A stretch of 64,000 nucleotides of DNA from Rhizaria sp. SCN 62-66. Its lineage: Eukaryota. Positions 46,458 to 59,200 of this stretch are shown piece by piece. The position numbers were made by a program, and so were the translations under genes. The notes beneath the pieces were generated by a model that saw only the letters and a program-made list of their open reading frames with translations, did not search any database and was not told the origin of the DNA. Position 1 is the stretch's first letter. Each line of letters begins with the position of its first letter. The DNA lies in NCBI GenBank assembly GCA_001724265.1, contig MEDY01000006.1, positions 62,001 through 126,000 on the forward strand, given 5' to 3'.

Positions 46458-49400
46458 TTAGCGCGACATGCGACGGCTCCCGCCACGTCCCTTCTGCTGC
46501 TTCTCACTCTCACTCTCCTCCTCTGCGTCCTCAACCACCGCGCTCGCAGCAGCGTCATGCTTGCCCTCAGCGTCACCAACCTTGCGCGTAATACTCTTAT
46601 TGTTGCTGCCCGCGTTGTTGTTATCATTAGCAGCCTTGGGAACCGTGTCTGTCTCACTGCTCTTAGAGCCAGTGACGGTCTTGTTGCCGTTCGTGTTGTT
46701 GTCGTTGTCGCTGCTACTCACGTCTGAGCTGCTCTCGTTGTCAAGGTCAGCAAGGAGCACAAAGCTGTTGTCGCTGAAGCTGGACTGACGTGAGCGCTCT
46801 TGCTCCCGGTCACGCGCACGCTTTGCATTGCGCTGCTGCTTCTTGCCCCCCGCAGTCGCACTAACAGTACTGCTCGCGGTGTCAGTGCTGCTGCTGCCCA
46901 TGTCACTGGACGCGGTGCCCACTTGGTGCCATTCACCTTCAGCGTCGGTGCTGCCAGTGTTGGAGCTCTCGTTGCCACCACTTGTAGATCGACTGATTGA
47001 TGTAGCAGTCTTCTTATCCTTTCTCTTGCCCTGACTCTCGCGGGTGGGCTCCGACTCAGCAGGGCGGTTGCTCTTGTCTGAGTGAGTGGTATCAGTGGTG
47101 TGGCGCGGTGTGTTCTCGTCAGTACGGCGATGGGCATCCGCTGATTGCTCGTTTGTTGCCGCGGTGTGATCGCGCAGGGTGTAGCTGAACGAGGGCCACA
47201 TGTGCTGTTGGTACAGCGGACTGACCATCTCGTAGAACAGACGATAACCACCGTTATCTGCGGTGTTGTCGCCAGCACTTGCCCTAGCAGCAGGGATGTT
47301 GCTAGCGTTGACACTTGTGCCGACGTTTGCATCGGATGTGCGGTTGCTCCTGTTGAGCGCGCCAGGAGAGGCAAGCACCTTCTGTTGGTACTTACTCCGC
47401 TCACCATCGCGCAGTGCAGCGCTAGCGCTGTTGTTCTGTGAGGCTGCAATGGCGGCGTAGCTTGCAGGCTGTGCGGTGTCGGTTTTATCACTGGCGAGTG
47501 AGCTCATTAGAGCGGAGTGAGTGCTGGCATCAGTATTGGGCTGAGTCGTGCCAATGTTTCGGATTAACACGTTGCGGGGACCTTGCTCCTTCCACGTTGC
47601 GCTCTTGCTCCGCCCGTGCCCACTTGCGCCAATACCGCGCCCTGGCTGGTTGTATGTTGCACCGCTGAGACCACCACTGAGCGCAATCTCACTCAGCTCA
47701 TCTCCCAGTACACCGAGGTCTAACGAGGTAAGCCCGTTGTCGTCACGCTCACCTTCGCTGTGCAACAGCGTCCGGTGCGGCAGCGTAATCGCGGGACTGT
47801 AGGCGCTGGCAGGGGCAATGATGGGCGAGACGGGGGTGTATGTTCGGCGAATAGGCGGGTTCGTATCTGCGTTAGTCTTGACTCCGTGAGGGTTGAAGTA
47901 CGGGTCAAATGGCAGATCTTCTGCGTTCAGAACGCCTCGATCGTCAGTTGCAGTATCACCCTTGCGCATACTAGACTGGATTCCAGTCTTTGCCTTGGCA
48001 CTGCTCTTGATGAAGTCGTCGCACTGCTGCTGCACGCGAGGCGACATTGGGCTGCCGGTTGACTGGCGCGCGTCTTGATCCTCGCTCTCATCAGACACGT
48101 CCTTGTTGCGAGTGCGGCCACCGTCGTCACTTGAACCTGGACTCGACTCAGAAGCCGACGAGATCGTAAATGAAATCGGACTGCTGGCCTCGCGGCTTAG
48201 ACGCGTAGTGTCAGGACTTGCTTTGGCCTTCATCACGTGCGCACCCGACCTATCTCGCTTTGTGTTCACATTATTGCGCGTAGGAACCTCGGACATGCGA
48301 ATAGAGTCTGGGCGACTAGCATCTGTCCCGGAGAGAGAACTTGAAGCGTGCTTAGCACTAGATCCTTTGTTGGCCTTAGTCGCAGGCTGTGCGCGCAAAC
48401 TCGGACGAGGGCCGGCACTTGAGCCCGGGCCGACGCGAGACTTTTTGGCGCGGTGCTGCGGACTCAGGCCACTGCCCTACCAGTACTCGGGAGCCTCCAT
48501 CTCATACTGGTCCTCAGCCTGGAAGTACGGTGGCGCAACGCCCGCAAACTAGTTGCTGGCGGAGCCGGGTGCTTGCGCGCGGTGTTGATCTTCTGCGCGC
48601 TTTGGCGCGTTGCCCATGTTTTCGGCGTTGATACTGTGGGTTGTAAAGGGGCACTGCACGCCTGCAAAGCGCGATACATTACTCGCGTGGCTAGGTCCGC
48701 GGGAGCTGCTAAACCGTGCGGGTGTGGTAGTTGAGTAAGGCAGTGATGAGGAAGACGTGTTACTACTTTCACGAACGCGTGCGCCAGCGCTAGCACTCGT
48801 ATCAAACGTTGCACCGAGGCCTAATTCTGTGAGAAAAGCGCGGGCCTCGTCCGTGAGACTAGCAAGTGCGTTGTAGTCAACCCCGTCGCGCCCGTCGGCG
48901 TCGTTATCTTCAACAGCAACAACAACAACCTCCGTGTCCTTATCTCCATCATCTTCGAAATCAGCACCGGTACCGGCAAGGGATGTGTCACGCGCAATGT
49001 CGTACTAATCTGACGTCGCACGGGTAGGAGCGCGTGACGATCCAAAAGCTGCACTCCTGTTCTGGCTCCTGTTCTGAGCGGTAGTGTCACTGTCCTCGTC
49101 AGCGGGTGTCACAAACGAAAAGCTCGTCACAGTGTACAACCCTTCTTCGTCATTTTCGATACTGCGTCGGTTGGCACATGAACCAATGTTAACATCATTG
49201 TCAAGTGGAGTGATTGTAACAGTTGACAAAGTCACAGAACCGTCATCATTAACGGTGTTGGCGCGCTGCCTCTCGCTGCTGGTTGCATCGCTGCGTCCTA
49301 GACTTGCAGCGAGAGAGCTGTAGTTGCTAGGGCGTGGCACGTTGGATGGCACATAGTAGATGCCAAGTTCGACTTCTTCATCCTGGTCTACACCCCGCCC

Positions 49401-49982
49401 ACGGTTGTCAGCGCAAGTATAAGTAGCAGCTGTTGAGGTAGGGTGACTGTGGGCAAGAGGAGCAAAAAACTGATCGATAAAATTGTCATCGCCTTCAGCG
49501 TAGTTAGAGGCTAGCGTTGCTAAGCATGAGGCGATCTCGCCGTCCAGCTCAGCAGCCTCCTCAGCGCTCATCCTTGCACCAGTGCGCGCCTCGCCTCCGC
49601 GGCCGCGGCTCCTGTTGCCGCGAGCCTCTGTGCTGGGCAACGCGTATGTGTGGCGACTATCGTTGACCTGACGCCGGTGGCGGTTGCTGTCGTGCTGGCG
49701 CTCGGCGCGGCGTTGCTGGCGCAGCAGCTTCTTATGTACACGCTCAGCCTTGCGCTCAATCTTGGCGCGTTTGCGGTCTGTGAGTCGCTCGTGGCCACCG
49801 ATGATATTGCGGTCGCGTATACGGTCAATCTCCGCTACATTAGCATAGTCGTCTGTAACGCCGTGGCTGTGGGCTGCGAGAGCGGCCTCAAGGGCTGCCT
49901 GAGCGGTGGGGAAGAGAGCTGCGGCAACGTCAACGTCTTCGTTGTGGTCAAGACTAGCATCGCTGTGAGAGATGACGACCAT
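46458..49982 (-). CDS. Hypothetical low-complexity protein of about 1174 aa with three in-frame TAG (49005-49007, 48549-48551, 48477-48479); 5' end uncertain
   Basis: ORFs 49005-49982 and 46458-48398 share a frame. Hand translation of the gap is continuous protein-like sequence broken only by TAG codons, with no AT-rich intron. Basic patch RKRAKIERKAERVHKKLLRQQRR. Ends TAA. A CAG acceptor at 49963-49965 suggests a possible further upstream exon. Confidence 0.65.
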
Positions 49983-50600
49983 TGCGAAGGCAAAACACGG
50001 AAAAGTGTAAGTGAAAAGATTGTGAGCACAGAGCTAAGTCATACGAGCCAAACAAAGAACAAAGTGGTGCACGTTGCGATCAAGTGTGTAGAGAGTGTTA
50101 TTGTGTAGCTGTGTATTTTTCAACGACAACGACAGCAATGACAGCAGTGACAACAACACTAACAACAACGGTACATCAGCCTTGCTCTTTGTTTGTTATC
50201 AGTGTTGCCATGTTGATACGTTGTTACTTTTCATAATATGATTTTTCAATTCATTTACAAATATCTGAGATGAGTAACACGACAGGATGTCTTCGATCAG
50301 TCGCACTTCCGCTGTCTCAGTGCTGTTAGTTACGTTCACAATGGTACACAAGAGACAGTTTGGAAGCACGATGACAGAAGCCACAGCTGCGATGTTGTTC
50401 ATCCAAATACGTAATATCACACTAAACATCATTAAACAATATCTCGCCTCAGACATAAGCAATCACTCGTTACTTTAAGCTGGCAGCCCTCATCTTGCAG
50501 CAAACACACAAACACCAACTTGCAAATACGGCAGCGCGTGGTGTTCAAAACTGTTGAACTTAACCTGGGACTGCAAACTACAAGTCAAACACGGCACATT

Positions 50601-52683
50601 TTACCAGAAGTTGTCGTTCTTGCCCTTTTTGGCAAGCTTCTTCGACTTCTTGGCGTCCTTCTTAGCCTGCTTACTGGCAGTCTTGCTCTTCTCGTCCTTG
50701 CCATCAGTGACCGTAGCAGCAGCTGGCTTTGCGTGGCTCGCGCCAATACTAGCGCCAGAGCTTGTCTTTGAGGGAGTGATGTTGCAATTAAGAGCCTTGC
50801 TGTGTTCAAGGCTAGAGCTCGCGCTCCCCTTCTTGCTCCCCTTCAAAGTGCTGCCACTGCCGCTAGCACAAGGCAGCTGCTTTCCGTCGCTGCGAGTGCA
50901 CGTCTCTTTGCTCTGGCTCTTAGTGCTGCCGGCAAGAAACGAGCCTATGCCGGCGCCAGCGCCAGCGCCGGTGCTAGAAGCCTGCGCTGTGCCAGTCTTG
51001 TTGGAGCTCTTTTTGCTAGCGCCGCCGGCGCTCTCAAAGCAAGAGAACGGGTGTGCGCGTGACATGGAGCCGTGGCCTCGCTCGTGAGCGTCGGAAGGGT
51101 GGAAGACGGAAAACAGGCCGTCCTCGCTCTCGCTACTTGTGCCGCTGCTGGTGCCGGTACTCGTGCCGGTACTCGTACCCTCGCTAGTCCCAGTGCTGGT
51201 GTCAGTGCTGGTACCGGTGCTGGTCCCAAAGCTCGTACTTGTGCTCGTACTCGTGTTGGTACTTGTGCTGGTGCCAGAGCTCGTGCTGGTTGTTGAGGTG
51301 TCGTAGAGGTCGCCGGTCGTAGTCACGCACGCGTCCCCGTCACTGTCGCCCTGGAGCTGGTGCTTGTGCTGCTGCTGAAGTTGGTACTTAATCTGGTACT
51401 GAGGGATGGCGTTGTTGTAACGCGTGTTGTTAATGTCGTCGGGAGCCACATCGTCGTAGATCTCTTGGGGAAACATGTACCTAATCAAATGCGCAAACAC
51501 AGCAATGATGGTAGAGTGAGGAAATGTTTAGAATATTGCGGACTAAACTCAATAACAGTTGATCTTCGTTCCAGGGCACGTACCCTGTTTGCATCTGAGC
51601 CCACGCAGCCTGTGCTGCCTCGAGGCGCGCACGCGCGCGCTCCATCCTGTTCATGCACATCGCAACGTCGTGGCGCGCGATGTCGATGCGGCGCACAACG
51701 CGCGCCGCGCCCCTCGAGCGTCGCGCTGCGCGCTGTTGCTGCTGCTGTTGCTGCTGCTGCTGGTCCTCAGAGCCGCGGATGCGCCCCGGTCCATGTTGCT
51801 CCGACTGTTGTTGCACATCGAAGTCCAGGTGGCGGTGTGTCGGCAGCAGAAACCCCGGGGCTTGCGCGGCGGGCGCGGGGTGCGGGTGCGTCGGCGCGTA
51901 CATGGCCGCGAACGGAGGCGTGTAGCCGCCGAAGCGCGGGATGTACCTTGGACCGTGTGCCGCGGGGCCGTGACCGTGACCATGAGCGTGCGCGTGGTGT
52001 GGAAGCGGGGGGCCGCGGCCGTGGTGGTGCGGCGTCGGAAAGTGGCCGTGGTGCGCCGGGTGGTGCGCGTGGTGGCCGTGGAAGTGACCGTGGTGGTGAC
52101 CGTGGGCCGGAGGCATGTGACCATGGGCAGGAGGCGGCATCGCGCCCCAGAACTCGATCGGGCCGCGAAAACCGCCGCCAATAGCGGCCTGGTGACGCGA
52201 ATACTGTTCGCGCTCTTGCTCGTACTGCTCCTGTGCAGAGCCAGAGCCAGAGCCTTGGTCTTGGCCTCGCTGCTGTTGCTGTGGCTGATGCTGTTGCTGC
52301 GGGTGCAGCGGCGGCTGCTGGTGCCCTTGCTGTGCCATCATCGGGTTGTGCGCGTAGTACGCACCAGGGAGCGGCGGGGGCGGGGCGTGGATGTTGTGGT
52401 CGAAGCCAGGGCCGCCGAAGCTGCCGTGGTGAGGGCCGGGTGCCTGGAAGAAGTGCGGCCGCTGGTTGTTGTTGTAGACGGCAAACGGCGGCAGCTGCGA
52501 CTGCGGAAAACCATGTTGGGGGTGCATGGGGCCACTGCCGAAGTGTCCTCCGGGCGGGCCGTGGAAGCCGGGAGGCGGTCCGAACGCGTGAGGGGCAGCG
52601 TTCGTGCCAGAGGAGCCGCCATGTTGAGTGGCGGGAGGAACACCGCGCATGCGACGATTGTCTTGCGCGATCTTCGAAAACAT
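50601..52683 (-). CDS. Hypothetical His/Pro/Gly/Gln-rich protein with Ser/Thr/Gly repeats and a Lys-rich tail; exons 51584-52683 and 50601-51480; 659 aa
   Basis: Intron 51481-51583 (GTACGT...GATTAG, phase 2) joins ...QMQTG to YMFPQE... in frame. ATG at 52683. Ends TAA. Confidence 0.65.
51145..51295 (-). repeat. Degenerate coding repeat of about 12-nt period encoding (STGT/STST)n
   Basis: Translation TSTSTNTSTSTSTSFGTSTGTSTDTSTGTSEGTSTGTSTGTSSGTSS; repeated gtgccggtactc units on the + strand. Confidence 0.7.
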
Positions 52684-53251
52684 CTAGAGATAATAAATCA
52701 ATGGGATAAATTAATGAGTTTTTTTCTAGTGGTAAACGCAGTATAAAACCTGTTACCAATAGCTTTAAGTCGGGATCGTTATTGTAGTTTCTTGTGAACT
52801 TGGGACGTCATCGTAACGAGTGGAAGCACACTGCTCACGGTCACTTATGAGAATGGCGCCATCTATTCGCAGAAAATGTCATGATTGCAATTAATTTGTA
52901 ACGTCATTAATTTCACGTTCTAAATGTGTTAGAATTGCTCTGGAACCCTCGAAATACCAACTAATCTCCCGGAATCTGGCCAAACAAGATTCTGACCACA
53001 AGTGCAACTTGAAAAGTTGTGTAGCAAGGCGGAGATAAAACGTATTCACATCGATACAAATAGTTTTGTGTATCAAACAAAGTAGTTCTAATCTATATCC
53101 ACAGGATCTTTACAGATCTTCACACTCTAGTTCATAAAACGCAGACACAATCTGCGTTTGTACGTCACGCCCATCTGATGTGGGGCAACCAAACGTAAAC
53201 TAGAATGAAGTATGAATCATAATATAATAAGTGAAATCGAATCGTCATCGC

Positions 53252-56200
53252 TCACCGACGCTGCTCGCCGCTACCGCCCTCGGCGCCTTCCTGCGCCTCC
53301 GGGTCGGGCTCGTGCGACAGCAGCAGCTCCACGGCGGCCTGCATCGTCGCAAGGTAGTAGCCCGTCATCAGGAAGCGTTCCTTGTGCGGCATGTAGTCCT
53401 CGATCATCTGCAGCTGCGCCCACAGGCCGGGGATGCCGCCGCGGCACGCGCGCAGCATGCGTAGCTGGCACCGGACGCCGACGATCGCCGCCGCGGGGAC
53501 AAAGTCAGACGGTTGTCCCGTGGTCTCGATGTTGCTCGCGTCATCACGGGTGTTTCCACGCAGCCACGACGTCCACAGCATGTTGCGCGGAATCAACGGG
53601 CCGTCGGTGCCGCCAACGACTGTGCTCATGCTCTCGGCCGAGTCGACCGCGCCAGAGTACGCCAGCGCACTGGCGTCGGTGCGGAGCGCGCCAGAGTCGC
53701 CCGCCTCCCGCAGCACGCGCTGCGCGAGCGCGGTGTCGTGCAGAGCCGCCATCGTGTCGCTGCCGCCGCCGCGGATGAGGATAAGCGCGAATAAGATCAG
53801 CAGGTCGTCGGCGCCGATGATGATGGGGCGGCGCGGCGGCGGAGGCTTGTTCGCCTTGGCGCTGCTATCAGATGCAGCATGAGGAATCGGTGCGACCGCA
53901 GGAGTCGAGACGGTACTCTCGGTGATGACAATCGCGCTGATAGCAGACGTTGTAGCGCTGGCACCAACGGCCGCAGGGGGCGCAGAGTCCTCGGGATTCG
54001 CGGTGTTACTCTTCTCAGCGTTCGGAGTAGTGTTGTTATCCAGCGAGAACGGGTCTTCGTCGATGTTCAGCCCGGTGAAGGGCAGCTTCTCGTCGCCCGT
54101 GCGCAGCTGCTGCTGCTTCGCCGTAATGCGCGGCGACAGGAACGGCGACTGGCCCGTAGCGATGCCGCCGCTGACATTGCTGCCGGGTGCAGTCAGGGTC
54201 GACGACGAGCGCGGCATTGGCTCACGCGCAGCAACAGCGGCAGCCTTAGAGTCGCTGCTGCCGGATTGCTGTTGCTGTTGTTGCTGCTTCGCGAGCGCCC
54301 GCGCAGCCTCAAGGTCTTTCTGTTGCTGTGCGACGTCGACGCACGCGCAGACGAGCTTGGCAATCTTTGCGATGGCGATGAGCTTATCCATGGGGTCCGA
54401 AATCAGCGGCAGCGCCGAGGCGCGGAGCACCGCGGGCGCGAACGGCGACGTCAGCGGGTGCGCGCGCAGGGTCGACACGCCGCGCGACGCTAGCGGCAGC
54501 ACGTCGTGGGCACTAGCGTGGCTGCCGTCGTGGGCGCGGTGGCCGTTGTCGGCGCTGACGAGAGCGGTCGCACCGATGTGGATGTCGTTGCTGTTCTCGT
54601 TTGCGGCGTTGATGGCGGCCGTGGTAGCGGTCTCATCGAAACACAAGGGGGCTGCGAGGCCAAGACTAAATAAGACACAAAGGAAACAAAGAGTAGAAAC
54701 AATCGTTCAGTAAGTTTGTTGTTGTGCTACTGAAAAAAATGGATACAAATTAAAAGGAGTATTAAAAAATGAACAAAAATATGGCCTACCGAGAGATGAC
54801 GACGGGGCGGAAGCGCGCGACCCTGCGAGCAAGCGCGGCGTCCTTGTGCGCGTTCTGGATGCGGTAGAGGCGCGAGATGACGGTGCCGGTGAAATGGAAC
54901 AGCGTGCGCGAGACCGTGCGGCGGATCACGTGCTCGATGTGCGCGTCCGTGGGCAGCGACAACGGCGTCAGTACAAGCTGAAGCTGCTGTTGTTGGTACA
55001 GATGCCCACTGTCATCAGCGCCAGAGTGGGCGTCACTGGCCGCGGCAGCAGCGTTGTCGCCGGCGCCGCCGTTGTTGTTTGACGCAGCGGCAGCCGCGGC
55101 GGCGGTCGAGGTGGCGCCGAGATACTGCGCGGCGGCCCTGGTGGGGACGAGCTCGAGCACGCAGTCGCTGAGGATCGTCTGTGTGATGTGCGACACGGCC
55201 AGCGTGACGTCCTCGAAGGCCGTGCGGCGCACCTGCTTGAGGTAGCGCAGACTCGGATACGGCACCGGCAGCGGCGCAAAGAGCTCGGTGGGCAGCACGC
55301 GCCGCCCCGTGGGGCCCGCGAAGAGCGAGCCCGGGGGCACGGCCGTCGCAGCGCCGCCCACGGCCGCGCGGTCAACGACGCCGGCGGCAACGTCAGCGGC
55401 GTGCGCGGCGTCGCTGTTGGTGCGGGACTGCGCCGTGGACGCACCGTGACCGTGGCCGTGGGCGGGCGAGGGCGGGTACGAAGGCGCCGCGGACGGGGGC
55501 AGGTCGACGGGGAACCGCGGCGGGGCGCCGGCACCGGTGAGGTAGCGCACGAGCGGACGCAGCGGGGCGAAAAATGCCGCGCTGCCGGCGGCGGCGGAGG
55601 ACAGCGCGACGGTCGCAGCGTCAGTGGGGACGTGGACCTGGCTGGAGCTCGGACTGGGGCTGACGGCCTTGGCGCTGCCGCCGCCAGAGGCACTGTTGGT
55701 GTACGGCTTGGAGACCGAGGCGGAGAAGGCGAACGCGTCCTCGTCGTCGTCGCTGCTCAGGCTGCCGCCGTGGGCCGCACTGCCGCTGCAGTCGTCGCTG
55801 TCACTGACGCCGTCGTCGCTCTCAAAGTCGCTCTGGTTCTCCGTGCTGCCGAGCTTCGCGTTCAGGGTCGTGCTGGTACGGCTGTCTTCAGCCTGATTCT
55901 GACTCTGGCTCTGCAGCTGCGACTTGAGCTGCGCCTGCGCCTGCGCCTGGGAGGTGGAGGCCTTGTGGGGCGTCACTGGGGCCAGCAGCGCCGACAGCGG
56001 CGACGTCACCGCAGGCAGCGACATTGGCGCGCCGCTCGCGGCCGCGGCGGAGGCGGCGGCGGAGGCGGCTGAGGGCAGCAGCGACACGGCGCCGGCGCCG
56101 GGGGCCGACGACGGTCCGGCCGACAGAGCGAGGTCGTCGGAGCTGGCGCTCGCGGCGCCCAAGGGAATGTTCGCGGTGGTCGCGGGCGCGACGGAATGGC

Positions 56201-59200
56201 CGCGGCCGTGCTGCGGCGACTGCGCGAAGCTACTGGGGTAGTTGTTGTTGCTGTTGCTGTGGGGGAAGCCGCTGGGCGCCACGCAGTCGTCCCAGAGCGG
56301 GCGCAGGAACGGGGCGCGCGCGTAGAGGCGGCAAACGTACTCCACAGTCGCGGTGAAGAGCACTGACAGCGGCGAGGGCGGCAGGGACGCGGCGGGGCGG
56401 CCGGCAAGGGCGCCGGACTCAGCAGCCAACCTGGAAATGGAAACAAATTCAAAAGAGACATGCTGTGTTTGAGAAATTAGTTTTACAATTAAAAGAAAAT
56501 TGTTTCGCTCTCATAAACATGAGGCAAAAACTCCAAACAAAGTTTAATTTGTGAGCAAAATCTGCGTACTTGGTGACGAGGTCGTGCGTGAGGACGTTGA
56601 CGACCCTGTGCGAGAGCAGACACAGCGCGGGCACGGCCTCCGGCGGCGGCGTGTGCGGGTTCGCGTGCAGCATCTTCGAGTAGCGCGCGGTGTAGTAGGG
56701 CGCGCCGGAGGGGGAAAACAGCCACGGCGCTGCCGCGGGTGAGACCTCGAGCGGGTTGGGCCCCGCGGCGACCGCGGCGGCCAGCGCGGCTGCGGCGGTC
56801 GAGGACTGCGAGCGGGAGAAGGAGTCGTTGGGGCCGATGCCGGCCTCCTCGTCGTCGCACGGGGTCGCCTCGTCCTCGTTGATCTCGGCGATGAAGTCGG
56901 CGGGCGACAGCGGCGCCGCGGCGAATAAAGACGACAGCAGCGGCTGCAGCAGGTCCTTGCTCGAACCTGAACCAGTCGCGCTCGCGCTAGTGGAGCTAGA
57001 GCTAGAGTTAGAGGTAGAGCTAGAGCAAAAATGGCTGGAGTCTGCTGTCTTGGTGGGCTTGCCGCTGTCCGCGGCAAGAGGCGGCGACAGCGGCGCCGGA
57101 TGCGGGCCCGAGGCGCCGGGGGGGGCCGCGGGCGCCACAGCTATGGGGAACGACAGCGGCTGCGTCGTCGCTGCAGCGCCGCCATCGCCGTTACTACTGT
57201 TGTTCACAGGGACGGATACGGCGCAGACAACGTCAAGGAACTCGTTGAGCGCGTGTGTCGCGTCAGCCACAGGCACCGCGTAAGACGACGACGCGGACGC
57301 GCCCGCGCTCTGCGTCGAGTTGCCGCTCGCAGTGTGGCTCAGACGGGGAGCGTCACTCTTGTTGCTCGAAGTAGCGGCATTGCCGTTGGTGTCATTCGTG
57401 GTGGTGTTGTTCGGTAAATAGATAGAGGCGTCGAAGGGCGACGTCGGTAGCGGCATCAGCGAGTGCTCGTGCAGGTAAGTCTTGAACAGCGACGAGCAGG
57501 CGCCCCCCATGCCTCCGCCCACCACATCGGCCGCAACATTCGCACTCAGGCTGCTGTTGCCGCCGGCAATGGCGCTGAGTGGCGGGAGGGAGATGGCGTG
57601 CGCGCCCACCTGCGTGGGCGTCGCGGCGGCCAGCGCAGCCACCATGCGCTTGCGCATCAGCGAGCGCACGACGCGGAACGCCGAGAGCTTCGCCAGGTCC
57701 ACCGCGGGCTCGCTCGCGGCCGCCAGCAGCTGCGGCGGCGCGGCGGCCTCGGCAGCGGCAGCGGCGGCGGCCAGCGCGGCGGGCGCGGGCGCCACGGGCA
57801 GCGCCAGCACGGGGGTCGGCTGCGCCGTGGCGGCGGCTGCGGCGTCCTGGACGTCGGTCTCGCCCAGCCAGTCTTCGGCGAGCAGGAGCGAGTCGGCGGT
57901 CACGCCGGTCGCAGGCAGTGAGGAGGACTTGCACTCGTCATCGGCAACGGCAACCTGAGTATCGTCGTCGTGCTCGGGAACGTTAACCAGACTAGTGTTC
58001 TTGCTGCCATTGCTCGACTTGCTGATATTCGCAAACACTTCGTCGGTGTCCGCATCAGCGCACACAAGCTGCTCCAAGTGCACCGTCTCGAGCGCCTCGA
58101 CGACGCGCCGCGACTGCAGCGAGCAGGCGCAGCCGCCGAGCCAGAGCGCACGCAACCAGCGCCGGCGCTCGTCGGGGGACTGCGACGCGAGCAGCAGCGT
58201 GCGTTCACCGTACTGCGCGGCGGGGAACGTGACGTAGAAGTACGCCAGGTTCGGGTTCGGCGCGAAGGACGGGTACAGGCTAGCGTTCATCGCGCTGCCG
58301 TTGCCGCCGCCGCTGCCGCCACCGCTCTGCGGGGGCGGACGCGGGCGCGAGGCAGCGGCGGCGGCGGCGGCGGCCTGCGCGGGGGACGAAGCGATGGGGT
58401 ATCCGCTGGCAGAGCGGTGACCGCCGCTGTTGTTCGCGCTCGACGCAGAGCCGCTGTGGCTGCCGCGGTGACCGCTGTTGTTGTTCTGACTGGTAGCATG
58501 ATTCGCGTGGCCATGCCCGTGGCCGTGGATGTTCCCCATCGGCCGCACCGCACTGCCGCCGCCGCCGCCGCTGCTGCCGTGGTGGTGGTGCGCGTCGCCG
58601 CCGCCGTGCGCAGCGGCGTGCCCGGCGCCATTGGGCGGCGAGGCCACGGTGGAGGCGGGCACGGCGTCGAGGGCCTTGATCGTGGCGCCACCGCCGAGCC
58701 AGAACTGCTTCCCGCCGGGTGGGGGCGCCGAGGCCGCGGCGGCGAGCGGGACCTCGCTCTCGTAGATCGATAGCATGAGCAGTTTCGAGGAGAAGATGAA
58801 GAAGCGGCGGTAGGTGCGCCACTTGCAGACCTTGATGAGCCAGCCGGAGTGCAGGATCGGCTCCAGCGTCGGCGCTGGCAGTCGGAAGCGGAACGTGGCC
58901 AAGAGCAATGGGGACGGCGCCGGCAGCGCGCGCGGGGCCGTGTGGTGGCTGTTGGACCGGCTCACCTCCAGCGACTGGAACTGCGAATGTGACTGAGAGA
59001 GTGACTGTGAGCGGCTGCCACGCGTGGGGGTGCTAACGACCATCGCAGTGTCATCTCCGTTTTTGTTGTTGTTGTTGTTGTTGTTGTTTTTGTTATTGCG
59101 ACGGCGACGGTGACCGCGACGCTTGCCGCCTCGCCCGTCAGTCTGCTGCGCCGCCGCCGCCTCGGCCTCAGCCGCGTGAGTAATCGCCAGCGCGGACGCC

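Noticed and set aside
51481-51483. TAG ending ORF 51481-52683, as a gene end or recoded codon
   Set aside because: It is the 3' splice acceptor of intron 51481-51583, so it was not counted either way.
54786-54788. TAG ending ORF 54786-56429
   Set aside because: It is part of the intron donor GTAGGC (intron 54666-54789), not a codon.
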